Shown here in pieces: positions 45,334-54,247 of a stretch of DNA of 54,551 bases. Made by a program: the position numbers and the translations under genes. Below the pieces are notes generated by a model. That model was not told the DNA's origin. It saw nothing but the letters and a program-made list of their open reading frames with translations, and ran no database searches. The DNA comes from Candidatus Limnocylindrales bacterium. Its GTDB lineage: Bacteria > Patescibacteriota > Microgenomatia > Levybacterales > UBA12049. The stretch spans positions 1-54,551 of the forward strand of contig DATLDE010000008.1 of NCBI GenBank assembly GCA_035526025.1, given 5' to 3'. Numbering within the stretch: the stretch's first letter is position 1; each line of letters begins with the position of its first letter.

Positions 45334-46734
45334 GTGAGTCAATTAAGCAAAAATAAAAAAAACATTGGCACGCTTGTTCCGCTCTCAGCTCTTACGAGTA
45401 TCAATTCCAAAAAGGAAGATCAGGGGACATTTGAAACGGGGATGTATTTTCTTGATTGGCTTCATAAAGTAGGGCAAAATGCCTGGCAAATTCTTCCATT
45501 GAATCTAACCCAACTTGAGACAGGGTCCAGGACCACACGAGTTCCATCCCCATATAAAGGATATGGGGTAGGTCTAGATCCCAAGTATCTACCTTCAGCC
45601 TTTGCAAATAATAACCCAGCACAAGATGAGCTAAATTTCTTCATGGAAACAAATAATGATTGGATAAGTGATTATGCTTTATTTTGTGCTATATCTGATG
45701 ATCTTGGCACAGATGACTGGAGGAAATGGGATGAAGGGCTTAGGAAAAGAGACCAATCTGCATTGAATAAAGTTAGGAATAGCTTAAAAAAGAAAATAAA
45801 AGATCACATTTTGATTCAGTGGAGGCTTGATTCTGCGTATAAAGCATTAAGAGAAAAAGCTAAAAGACTCAATATACAGCTCATTGGTGATTTACCTTTT
45901 TATGTTTCTGTTAAAAGCCCGCTTGTGTGGGTTCATCAAGATGTCTTTCAGTTTGAGAAAGATTCTGAATTGAGATATGTCTCGGGAATCCCTGATACTC
46001 CAGCTGCTCATTTTGGTAGGCAGGTATGGGGACATCCTCTTTATAAATGGGATACAAAGCATGAGAAGGATGTAATTAAATTTTGGGAAATAAGAATTAA
46101 GTACCTCTCGCAATTGTTTGATTCAATAAGATTTGATCATGCAAAAGGGCTATTTGATTATGGGGTTGTGGATTTACAAAATAAAAGTGAAGATAGGTAT
46201 GTTAAGGGGCCAGGCTCCTTGGTATTTGAAAAGTTAATGCTTTTTGGAGAGAGATGTGGATTGTCAATATTTGCCGAAGACAGCGGTGAAAATCTAAGTG
46301 TTTTGAGAGAGACTTTAGTTAAATTAAAAACTCCTGGAATTAAAATTTTCCGTTTTGCACTGAATGAGAAAAAAAAGAAGTTAAATAAAGAATATGCGGA
46401 TTTATCCAATTATCCCATAAATACAGTTGTGTATACGACAACTCATGATACGGAAAGTCTTATATTGTATTTGGAAATGTTAAGCACAGAACAAAAACAA
46501 CAGTTGGCTATATATGCAAATGCGATGTATTCTCCAAAGGATGTTAAATTTGCTCTCTCACTTCGGGAAGCAGTGATAAATTCAAATGCAAAAACAGTAA
46601 TTATTCCCATTCAGGATTGGCTGCTTACAAAAGATCGTATAAATATTCCCGGGACTGAAAAAGAAATAAATGATCCTAACTGGAGGTTTATTTTGAAATC
46701 ACCAATAGAGAAGTTAGCCTTGCGAAATTTTTAA
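45334..46734 (+). CDS. malQ: 4-alpha-glucanotransferase (GH77)
   Basis: WQILPL, SPY, IGDLPFYV, YVSGIP, WGHPLYKW, RFDH, AED, THD and INIPGT motifs; GTG start. Confidence 0.9.
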   Translation: MSQLSKNKKNIGTLVPLSALTSINSKKEDQGTFETGMYFLDWLHKVGQNAWQILPLNLTQLETGSRTTRVPSPYKGYGVGLDPKYLPSAFANNNPAQDELNFFMETNNDWISDYALFCAISDDLGTDDWRKWDEGLRKRDQSALNKVRNSLKKKIKDHILIQWRLDSAYKALREKAKRLNIQLIGDLPFYVSVKSPLVWVHQDVFQFEKDSELRYVSGIPDTPAAHFGRQVWGHPLYKWDTKHEKDVIKFWEIRIKYLSQLFDSIRFDHAKGLFDYGVVDLQNKSEDRYVKGPGSLVFEKLMLFGERCGLSIFAEDSGENLSVLRETLVKLKTPGIKIFRFALNEKKKKLNKEYADLSNYPINTVVYTTTHDTESLILYLEMLSTEQKQQLAIYANAMYSPKDVKFALSLREAVINSNAKTVIIPIQDWLLTKDRINIPGTEKEINDPNWRFILKSPIEKLALRNF

Positions 46735-47871
46735 AGGTAATTTCATTTTGAATTCAGATCCTTTTCCAGGATTACTGTCCACTTCAACGCTTCCTTGGTG
46801 TGTCTGAATAATTTTCTGTGTTATATAAAGGCCAACTCCTAAGCCCTTGTATTGTTCAGGTGTTACAGCCCGTTGAAAAAGTTCGAAAATCATTTTTTGT
46901 TTTTGCTTGGATATTCCTATCCCTTGATCTTTTATAGAAAAGATGGCGTGATTTTTTGATTTTGATGTTTTTATCTCAATAGGCTTGTGCTCACCATACT
47001 TAATCGCATTTGATATAAAATTGGAAACAGCCTGTTCAATACGTATCTTATCCCAAAATCCAATGATCTTGTCTTTTGGGTCAAAATTTAGAATATATTT
47101 TTCTTTCTCAATTCTTGCTTCAAAGTCCGTAAGCACTCCTTTTACAAGTTCATTCAGGTCAATATCTTCAGGTTCAAGTTGTAAGTTCCCAACTGTTAAT
47201 ACAGAAACAGCGAGAAGGTCATTGATCATTTTGGAAAGTCTTTTTGTTTGGTTTTCTACACTTTCAAGCATTTTTAGAAGACTTTCAAATGAGAAGCGTG
47301 CGACAGAAACATTTCTGATATTGTGAAGAGCTGTCTGGGTTTGAAGAAGCATAGATGTTAGGGGAGTCTTGAGCTCGTGTGAAGCAATTGATAAAAATTC
47401 ATCGCGAGAACGTATTTCTTTTTGGAGATTTAAATTAATCTCATCTAATTCAATAATTTTTTTATTAAGTTCCTTTTCATGTTTTTTGAATTCAGAAACA
47501 CGATCCCGTTTTTTGAGGAATTCAACCAGATAACTTAGGAATATACTCTCAACTAAGTAAAGAATAAATTGAAAAATGCGTTCTCCATAAAGAAGGGAAT
47601 TGTAGTTGGTAATTGGAGGAAAATACAATATCAGAATCATCGCAGAAAGTATGCTAGTTATGATTCCAGCTATTAGACCACCAACGTAAGTGCTTATGAC
47701 TACAATCGGGAAAAATATAAGTAAAGGAGTGCTAAGGAATGGTTCATTTAGAATGATGGTTAATAGCAAGGCTGTTAAAGGTAGGAAGACAGCAAAATAA
47801 TAGTTAAATAACCGATGTAAAGGTGATTTACTTTTATCTGGTTTTAAATAGTTAGGTAATTTAATTATCAT
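46714..47871 (-). CDS. Membrane sensor histidine kinase (DUF4118-like N-terminus, HisKA, HATPase)
   Basis: ASHELKTPLTS H-box, NFISNAIKY N-box, DQGIGI and GLGVGLYI G-boxes. Confidence 0.95.
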   Translation of the reverse strand: MIIKLPNYLKPDKSKSPLHRLFNYYFAVFLPLTALLLTIILNEPFLSTPLLIFFPIVVISTYVGGLIAGIITSILSAMILILYFPPITNYNSLLYGERIFQFILYLVESIFLSYLVEFLKKRDRVSEFKKHEKELNKKIIELDEINLNLQKEIRSRDEFLSIASHELKTPLTSMLLQTQTALHNIRNVSVARFSFESLLKMLESVENQTKRLSKMINDLLAVSVLTVGNLQLEPEDIDLNELVKGVLTDFEARIEKEKYILNFDPKDKIIGFWDKIRIEQAVSNFISNAIKYGEHKPIEIKTSKSKNHAIFSIKDQGIGISKQKQKMIFELFQRAVTPEQYKGLGVGLYITQKIIQTHQGSVEVDSNPGKGSEFKMKLPLKISQG

Positions 47872-47994
47872 TCTGTCCGTGCACTGCTTTTATTATATCT
47901 CAAAAACATTAAGTAAGTAGGATTTTACTTCGCTCTTGCAGGTTTCTTACCAAATTTTCACATATGCACAGGCTCGGAACGATACAATGAATAG

Positions 47995-48369
47995 ATGGTG
48001 TTGATGGAAAATCAAGGTAAAAAAATATTTGTTGTTGATGATGACATATCAATCGGCGAAATAGTATGTATGCTTCTTGAGCTTGAAGGTTATGAGGTTA
48101 ATTCGTTCTCTGCTGGAAAAATTGGGGTTGAGAGAGCCAAATTCGATAAGCCTGATCTTGTGTTGCTCGATTATTTTCTCCCAGGCGAAAGAGCAGAAGA
48201 AATTATTGAAAATATGCGTAAAGCAGCGGGTGATAAGTTGCCAATAGTTCTGATGTCGGCAAATACAGACGCAGGAAAGCTGGCCGAAAAGTTATCAGTT
48301 AATGAATTTATAGCTAAGCCGTTTCAGAGAGAAAGGCTACTTGAAGCAATAGAGAGAAATTTAAATTAA
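47995..48369 (+). CDS. Single-domain response regulator
   Basis: FVVDDD, LVLLDYFLP, VLMSA and FIAKPF receiver motifs. Confidence 0.9.
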   Translation: MVLMENQGKKIFVVDDDISIGEIVCMLLELEGYEVNSFSAGKIGVERAKFDKPDLVLLDYFLPGERAEEIIENMRKAAGDKLPIVLMSANTDAGKLAEKLSVNEFIAKPFQRERLLEAIERNLN

Positions 48370-48392
48370 TATCTGTTATAATAATGCAACAA

Positions 48393-49055
48393 ATGAATAG
48401 AATCCTGGTCGCTGAAGATGATGCATCAATAAGGGAGGGCATCCAAACATTTTTAACAGATAACAACTACATGGTTGATGCGGTGGAGGATGGGGCTGCT
48501 GCACTTGATTCAGTACGTCGAAGACAGCCTGATTTGGTAATTCTTGATCTCGGGTTACCAAAAATAACTGGAGAATCAGTTTGTCAGGAGATTAAAAAAC
48601 AATTCCCCGAACTGCCAGTAATTATTCTAACTGCAAAAAATCAAACAACTGATGTCGTGACTGGATTTAAATTGGGAGCTGATGATTACATAGGCAAGCC
48701 GTTTGAGTTGGAAGAACTGATGGCTAGGATAACTGTCAGACTCAAATCCGAAACAAGTACAAAGATTGAGATTGATGACTTGGTTTTGGACCCGCAAGCT
48801 GTAAGAGTTACCAGAAATGGTAAAGATATCCAGTTAACGCCACATGAGTTTAAATTACTGCATTATCTTTTGGTAAATAAAGGCCGCGTATTAACTCGTG
48901 AGATGATACTTAACAGAGTTTGGAAGTACTCAATGGACGTAGATAGCAGGGTTGTTGATGTATATGTTGGTTATTTGAGAAAAAAGATCGACAGCATTTC
49001 AAAGAAAAAGCTAATTTCCTCAGTTCGTGGCTTTGGATATATTGTAAAAGAATAA
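48393..49055 (+). CDS. OmpR/PhoB-family response regulator
   Basis: ILVAEDD, LDLGLP, GADDYIGKPF, LTPHEFKLL, VDVYVGYLRKKI and VRGFGY. TGTTATAAT at 48374-82 favours ATG 48393 over 48384. Confidence 0.95.
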   Translation: MNRILVAEDDASIREGIQTFLTDNNYMVDAVEDGAAALDSVRRRQPDLVILDLGLPKITGESVCQEIKKQFPELPVIILTAKNQTTDVVTGFKLGADDYIGKPFELEELMARITVRLKSETSTKIEIDDLVLDPQAVRVTRNGKDIQLTPHEFKLLHYLLVNKGRVLTREMILNRVWKYSMDVDSRVVDVYVGYLRKKIDSISKKKLISSVRGFGYIVKE

Positions 49056-49408
49056 TTTCTTTCATTTCTCTTACCTCTTTTCTAAATATTTATTAATCTA
49101 CTCTGATATTGTATGAGTATGAAAATTACAGAAAATATTAAAATTATTTTAAATAAAGTTTTTTATGACTATTGGATCGCATTTTATCCTACCCTAAAGT
49201 AGGTGAGGTGACTTTTTGTCCCTCTAAGTGATAAATAAAATCTACAACAGATTACATTGTAAAGCTGATCAACCGAGAAATTAAAGCCAAACACTCTTTC
49301 CTTATTCTTACTTGACCTTTATAATCCTTTTACTATCAGACTTTATACTTGGTTCAGTTTGTATGTATGATAGTATTTAGATTGCAAACATGAAGGGGGT
49401 GAAAAATT

Positions 49409-49771
49409 ATGGCAGAAAAAACAAAAACTAAAGGAAGATTAAGTCCATTAACTGTTGGTATAGCAAGTACTGCAGCAGTTGCAGCGGGTGTTGCAGCAGT
49501 GGCGCTTTCTAATAAAGATAATAGAAAAAAAGCAGGAAAAATGCTTAAAGATTTAAAAAATAAAAGTGGTGATTTGACCAAGCGAGCGTCTGAGGGTCTC
49601 GATAGGGTACTTAAAGAAGAAAAAAATGTTCGGGAAAAAGTACAAAAATTGAGAACTAAAGCAGGTAAAATAAATGGCGCAAAGGCTAGTAAGTCAAAAA
49701 CAACAAAAAAATCAACGACAAGTTCTCGTTCAGCGAGTTCAAAAAATGGGTCACAAACTCGAAGTGTTTAA
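49409..49771 (+). CDS. Basic protein with N-terminal Ala/Val-rich helix (YtxH-like architecture)
   Basis: Hydrophobic AAVAAGVAAVALS segment followed by a Lys-rich helical region; SD AGGGGGTGA. Confidence 0.7.
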   Translation: MAEKTKTKGRLSPLTVGIASTAAVAAGVAAVALSNKDNRKKAGKMLKDLKNKSGDLTKRASEGLDRVLKEEKNVREKVQKLRTKAGKINGAKASKSKTTKKSTTSSRSASSKNGSQTRSV

Positions 49772-49804
49772 AATTTATTCAGTTTTGGATTTTTAAATTG
49801 AAGC

Positions 49805-49836
49805 CAGTGAAGCGCTCGCGCACATTGGCTTCACTG
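49805..49836. repeat. REP-like palindrome
   Basis: CAGTGAAGC (49805-13) / GCTTCACTG (49828-36), perfect 9-bp arms. It shares CCAGTGAAG with the 52339-52397 element. Confidence 0.65.
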
Positions 49837-49917
49837 CTCAAAAAAGTTTAGTGTTCTCAGCTGGATATTTTCCTCATCACTCCATTATTTATGCCAACTT
49901 TGCTATAATCAACTACT

Positions 49918-50346
49918 ATGAAAATATTTTTTGCAGGATCAATAAGGGCAGGGCGTGGTGACAGCGCTATATACCAATCAATTATAGAGATGTTATCAAA
50001 GTATGGTAAGGTACTAACTGAACACGTAGGGGACAAGAAAATGACGATTAAAGGGGATGCAGGACCTACAAAAAAAACTCATGATCGGGATATGAAGTAC
50101 CTTGTTGAAACAGATATTGTCCTTGCAGAAGTGACTACGCCAAGTCTGGGCGTAGGTTATGAAATCGCCAAAGCTGAAGAAATGGGAAAAAGTATCTTAT
50201 GTTTATTTAGACCTATTAAAGGTAGGAGTATTTCTGCGATGATTTCCGGGAGCGACAAGCTCGTTTTGAAAAAGTACCAAACCGTAAGAGATGTTGAAAT
50301 TATATTCGAACAATATTGCCGTGAATCTGGAATTGTATTAAAATGA
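49918..50346 (+). CDS. Nucleoside 2-deoxyribosyltransferase / DNPH1(Rcl)-like N-hydrolase
   Basis: KIFFAGSIRAGR, VLTEHV and DIVLAEVTTPSLGVGYEI motifs. Confidence 0.85.
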   Translation: MKIFFAGSIRAGRGDSAIYQSIIEMLSKYGKVLTEHVGDKKMTIKGDAGPTKKTHDRDMKYLVETDIVLAEVTTPSLGVGYEIAKAEEMGKSILCLFRPIKGRSISAMISGSDKLVLKKYQTVRDVEIIFEQYCRESGIVLK

Positions 50347-50356
50347 GTTTAATCAT

Positions 50357-51277
50357 ATGAAAAATTCTACATACCAAGTACTTTTATACTATAAATATGT
50401 AAAGATTGAAAATCCGGAAGAAATTCGGGATTTTCATAAAAGAATGTGTGAGCATCTAAATCTTAAGGGGCGAATTATTGTCGCAACTGAGGGAATAAAT
50501 GGAACAGTCGAGGGAACTACAAAAAATACAAAAAAGTACATGAAATGGATGGGGAAGAGTAGGCTCTTCAAAGACATTAAATTCAAAAAAAGTACCGGGA
50601 TTGGAAGCGCATTTAATAAATTGATAGTAAAGGCACGACCCGAAGTAGTTACTGCAAGAATACCTATAGATCCGAATAAAACTACCGGAAAATATATAAC
50701 AGCAGAAAAGCTTCATAAATGGTTTGATGAAAAGAAGGAATTTTATATAGTCGACATGAGAAATGATTATGAGTATATCTCAGGCCATTTTGAGAACTTT
50801 ATTCCATCAGGAATTCACAATTTCTTTGACCTACCTGACGTTTTGCCAAAGTTACAACATCTCAAAAATAAAATCATAGTAACAGTCTGTACTGGTGGAA
50901 TAAGATGTGAAAAAGCTTCGGGGTTTCTTGTGATGAACGGATTTAACGATGTGTATCAACTCAAAGACGGAATTCAAACTTATATGGAAATGTATCCAAA
51001 TGAACATTTTCTGGGTAAGCTATATGTTTTTGATAATAGACTGACAATTGGTTTTAATACCGCTGATCCAAAGCATAAAATTGTTGGGAGATGCATGGAG
51101 TGTGAAGAAGCGTGTGACACCTATGTAAATTGTGAATATGATATATGTCACTATCATCATATAAGATGTATTGAATGTATGGATAAAGAAACCGGATTGG
51201 CTTTTTGTAAAAAAGAGTGCAAAGAGAAATACTTAAAAAGTCCGCAAGTCTTGAAATTTCAGGGAGTAGTTGTTTAG
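50357..51277 (+). CDS. trhO: Rhodanese-related tRNA U34 hydroxylase (TrhO/YceA family)
   Basis: LYYKY, GRIIVATEGINGT, DMRNDYE...GHF, CTGGIRCEKAS, YQLKDGI and GKLYVFDNR motifs. Confidence 0.85.
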   Translation: MKNSTYQVLLYYKYVKIENPEEIRDFHKRMCEHLNLKGRIIVATEGINGTVEGTTKNTKKYMKWMGKSRLFKDIKFKKSTGIGSAFNKLIVKARPEVVTARIPIDPNKTTGKYITAEKLHKWFDEKKEFYIVDMRNDYEYISGHFENFIPSGIHNFFDLPDVLPKLQHLKNKIIVTVCTGGIRCEKASGFLVMNGFNDVYQLKDGIQTYMEMYPNEHFLGKLYVFDNRLTIGFNTADPKHKIVGRCMECEEACDTYVNCEYDICHYHHIRCIECMDKETGLAFCKKECKEKYLKSPQVLKFQGVVV

Positions 51278-51843
51278 GAGTTTTCTTCTTCCGGTTCTGG
51301 GGGTAAAAACTCTTCCCCAGCATTATCAATTTTCTCAGGATATTCAGAGGGCTTGAGCCAATAAACGTATCTGCAGCCAGTCGCAACTCTTTTGGCGCTA
51401 TCCCACCCAGCAGTTGAGCACTTTTTCATTTTTTTACCGGCATTGGTTGTGAACAGTACGAGCTTTTCACCGCAATCCGGGCAATCCTCATCAAGTGGTT
51501 CTGTTGTTCCATTTATCCATTCGACATAATCACAACCGTCAACTTTTTTGGTTTCGCTATTCCAGACACCAGTTGAGCACTTTTTCATCTTTTTCCCAAA
51601 CCGGGTAGTTGCGAGGATAAGATTTGATCCGCATTTGGGGCATTTTTCATCAAGCTCTTCTGGCTCAATCTCAAGCCATTTAACATAGTCACACCCAACG
51701 TTTTGTTTGGTAGTTGGGTCCCAGCTACCTTTTGAACAGCGTTGAAGTTTGCGTCCTGTTTTGGTGACTGTTATCTCACCAAGCGGTGCGCCGCATTTGG
51801 GACACACACCGTCATCTACTTTTTTATCTTCTGCATTTGCCAT
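51274..51843 (-). CDS. Stand-alone topoisomerase-IA-type C4 zinc-ribbon repeat protein (3 repeats)
   Basis: Three CPxCG-x-L...T..G.K..KCS..xW...K...GCxYVxW units. Confidence 0.85.
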   Translation of the reverse strand: MANAEDKKVDDGVCPKCGAPLGEITVTKTGRKLQRCSKGSWDPTTKQNVGCDYVKWLEIEPEELDEKCPKCGSNLILATTRFGKKMKKCSTGVWNSETKKVDGCDYVEWINGTTEPLDEDCPDCGEKLVLFTTNAGKKMKKCSTAGWDSAKRVATGCRYVYWLKPSEYPEKIDNAGEEFLPPEPEEENS

Positions 51844-52049
51844 TTACATATACTACTGTTTTGGGAACGCTCAAGTCAATAGACATTATTGAGAAAGTTA
51901 TAAAAAAGGTATCCAAAGATCTCAGGCTTCATTTTGCTTATAACATGCTAGGCCTGATAGTGTCGGGCATCACGCCTTAAAAATTTGTTATATTGCAAAT
52001 GCTGGAGCAGGTGTACTATTATCAAAACATAGTTAGCCGGTATGGTCTT

Positions 52050-52307
52050 ATGTATTTCGTTTATGTTTTAAAAAGCCAAAAAGATGGGGAGTTTTATACA
52101 GGATTTACTGACAATGTCGAAAATAGAATTAGAAAACACAATGAGGGTTTTGTGACTTCAACCAAATACCGAAGGCCTTTGAATTTAGTTTATATGGAAG
52201 GTGGATTAAGTAAAACGGATGCATTACATAGAGAGATTTATCTTAAAACAGCTTGGGGAAAGCGGTATATTAAAAATAGGTTGAAAAATTATTTAAGTAA
52301 AATTTAA
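52050..52307 (+). CDS. Small GIY-YIG nuclease
   Basis: YFVYVLKS...FYTGFT...RIRKHN...TKYRRPL.LVY.E...A..RE..LK. ATG 52050 is preferred to the track TTG 51993. Confidence 0.9.
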   Translation: MYFVYVLKSQKDGEFYTGFTDNVENRIRKHNEGFVTSTKYRRPLNLVYMEGGLSKTDALHREIYLKTAWGKRYIKNRLKNYLSKI

Positions 52308-52338
52308 GTGATAGTTTGAAAGAGTTTGGATTGAGAAT

Positions 52339-52397
52339 GTCCCAGTGAAGTAGTCCATTAGATTGAAATATTTATTTAACGGGACACTTCACGGGAC
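52339..52397. repeat. Nested REP-like palindrome downstream of the GIY-YIG gene
   Basis: Outer arms GTCCCAGTGAAGT (52339-51) / ACTTCACGGGAC (52386-97); inner degenerate arms GTCCATTAGAT / ATTTAACGGGAC. Confidence 0.7.
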
Positions 52398-52401
52398 CCC
52401 A

Positions 52402-52436
52402 TGAGATGCTCTGAAAGAGCTATCTCAAGGGGGTGA
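52402..52436 (+). promoter_or_regulatory. Hairpin immediately followed by extended SD
   Basis: TGAGAT-GCTCT-GAA-AGAGC-T-ATCTCA (52402-27), then AGGGGGTGA (52428-36), 6 nt before ATG 52443. Confidence 0.55.
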
Positions 52437-52442
52437 AAGATT

Positions 52443-52865
52443 ATGATAGAAGTTAATTATTTAGTGGTTTTGGTGGCAGCGATTGTCAGCATGGCAGTTG
52501 GATTTGTCTGGTACATGTTCTTGTTTGGTAAGCCTTGGTCTAAGTTGATGGGAAAAACCCGCGAATCCATGGAAAAAGAAAAAGCAAATATAGGCAAATC
52601 ATATTCGATAAGTTTTATGTTGTCACTTGTCGCAGCTTATATTCTTTATCACGTTATGGTCATGTCTGAGGCATATTTTGGCAATCCAATGGTGATGACA
52701 GGTCTAATGACGGCTTTTTGGTCATGGCTTGGGTTTATTATGCCTACTCAAGCAACTGATGTTTTATTTGGCGGTAAGAAAAGTTGGAAGCTTTTTTATA
52801 TAAACACAGGATATCAGCTTGCAGCGCTCCTCGCAATGGGAGCAACGATAGGGCTGATGAGCTAG
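52443..52865 (+). CDS. DUF1761-like membrane protein
   Basis: INY-like VNYLVVLVAA..SM.VGFVWY..LFGK.W and K.W.LFYINTGYQL patterns; four TM helices. Confidence 0.8.
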   Translation: MIEVNYLVVLVAAIVSMAVGFVWYMFLFGKPWSKLMGKTRESMEKEKANIGKSYSISFMLSLVAAYILYHVMVMSEAYFGNPMVMTGLMTAFWSWLGFIMPTQATDVLFGGKKSWKLFYINTGYQLAALLAMGATIGLMS

Positions 52866-52980
52866 GGTTTTGAATTAATCATTGCTTTTTAACTCAGTAT
52901 ATCTGTAAGTTATTTTTGTACCGGTTATATTCGTCCTACTCAATATTCTACCAATGGTAAGCTATGTGATAAAAGGTGAA

Positions 52981-53229
52981 TTTGGGAAATGGGTAGCGCC
53001 AATAAACTATCTCTCAGATCTAAAAGGCGCTGTCCTATTAAATCACGTGGTTGATGATAGGGTGCTTTACGTCGGTTACAGTCGAGATTTAAATACTTAG
53101 CTTGATAACACAAAAGTTCCTCATGAACTGAATGAATACGAGATTGGAGGACATGATATCGAGGATGGAAGTTTTGTGACGGCGATGGATAGAACAATTG
53201 AGTTCTATAATAAATATCTTAACGATTAG
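52981..53229 (+). pseudogene. C-terminal remnant of an alpha/beta-hydrolase (S9 peptidase-like) with internal TAG
   Basis: Frame reads FGKWVAPINYLSDLKGAVLLNHVVDDRVLYVGYSRDLNT*LDNTKVPHELNEYEIGGHDIEDGSFVTAMDRTIEFYNKYLND*. It resembles the Asp and His catalytic segments; the N-terminal nucleophile region is absent. Confidence 0.6.
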
Positions 53230-53310
53230 TTTCATGAACCAATTCTTGCTCTTACTTTTTTCATATCTATTTTTAATTAATACTTAAATGGAGAATGATA
53301 AATTAAGTAG

Positions 53311-54159
53311 ATGCTTTCTAAAGGACAACCAGGACAAGCGCAAAAGCCTCCCGGAGTTGAAAAGAAAATGGATCCAATTCCTCAGAGTGATAATCCCAAT
53401 TATAAATCCGCAGATAGATTTGTCGGAAAAGTAGTTCTGATTACAGGAGGTAGTGGGATAGGAAAAGCAACTGCTATTTGTTTTGCAAAAGAGGGCGCAG
53501 ATATCGCAATTATTTATCACACTACTGATCAAGATGCGAAGGAAACAAAAAAACAAATAGAGGATGAAGGGAGCAAATGTATTTTAATAAAGGGAGATGT
53601 TGGGGTGAGGAAATTTTGCAATGAATCTGTTAAAAGGGTGATGAAAGAATTTGGTAGGCTTGATGTTCTGATTAATAATGCAGGTGAGCAGCATCCCAAG
53701 GACAAGATTGAAGAAATTTCAGAGGATCAGCTACGAAAAACTTTTCAAACCAATATGTTCTCGATGTTTTTTATGACTCAAGCTGCACTTCCATATTTAA
53801 AAAAGGGAAGTAGTATATTAACCAATTCATCAGTTACTGCTTATCAGGGACGAGAACAATTGCTTGATTATGCGTCTTCAAAAGGTGCTATAACCAGTTT
53901 TACGAGATCTCTATCACTGAGCTTGGCGAAAAAAGGCATTAGAGTGAACTCAGTTGCGCCTGGTCCTATTTGGACGCCGCTTATTCCCTCGACATTTCCA
54001 CCTGAGAAGGTCGATAAATTCGGGACAGATACGCCCTTAGGTCGTGCAGGACAACCCTATGAAGTGGCACTAGCTTTTGTTTTTCTGGCCAGTGATGACG
54101 CGTCCTACATAACAGGACAAACCATCCACGTAAATGGGGGGCATTCTGTAAATGGATGA
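53311..54159 (+). CDS. Short-chain dehydrogenase/reductase (general-stress YhdF/GSP39-like)
   Basis: Q.PPG.E..M.P.P N-terminus, LDVLINNAGEQH, NSSV, YASSKG, IRVNSVAPGPIWTPL and GRAGQP.EVA. Confidence 0.92.
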   Translation: MLSKGQPGQAQKPPGVEKKMDPIPQSDNPNYKSADRFVGKVVLITGGSGIGKATAICFAKEGADIAIIYHTTDQDAKETKKQIEDEGSKCILIKGDVGVRKFCNESVKRVMKEFGRLDVLINNAGEQHPKDKIEEISEDQLRKTFQTNMFSMFFMTQAALPYLKKGSSILTNSSVTAYQGREQLLDYASSKGAITSFTRSLSLSLAKKGIRVNSVAPGPIWTPLIPSTFPPEKVDKFGTDTPLGRAGQPYEVALAFVFLASDDASYITGQTIHVNGGHSVNG

Positions 54160-54247
54160 AAATTCATACATATTTTTTACCCGCTTCACATAGATATCTT
54201 GTACAATCTGTTTAATATTACACTATTGAGTTAGGGGGTGAGTTAAT

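Noticed and set aside
49113-49202. 29-codon ORF after the OmpR-family gene as a histidine kinase remnant or small protein
   Set aside because: No similarity or initiation signal that I can support.
44663-53100. Global TAG reassignment suggested by two in-frame ambers at probable Leu positions
   Set aside because: TAG ends tsf (1760-62) and frr (2895-97) at their natural C-termini, and no other conserved gene here has an internal TAG. Point mutation or error is simpler.
1743-53556. The many short antisense or overlapping ORFs in the six-frame track (e.g. 3100-3540, 13230-13601, 24652-24996, 40179-40640, 52940-53197)
   Set aside because: They lie opposite well-supported genes or a pseudogene, have no motifs or initiation signals, and are expected by chance.
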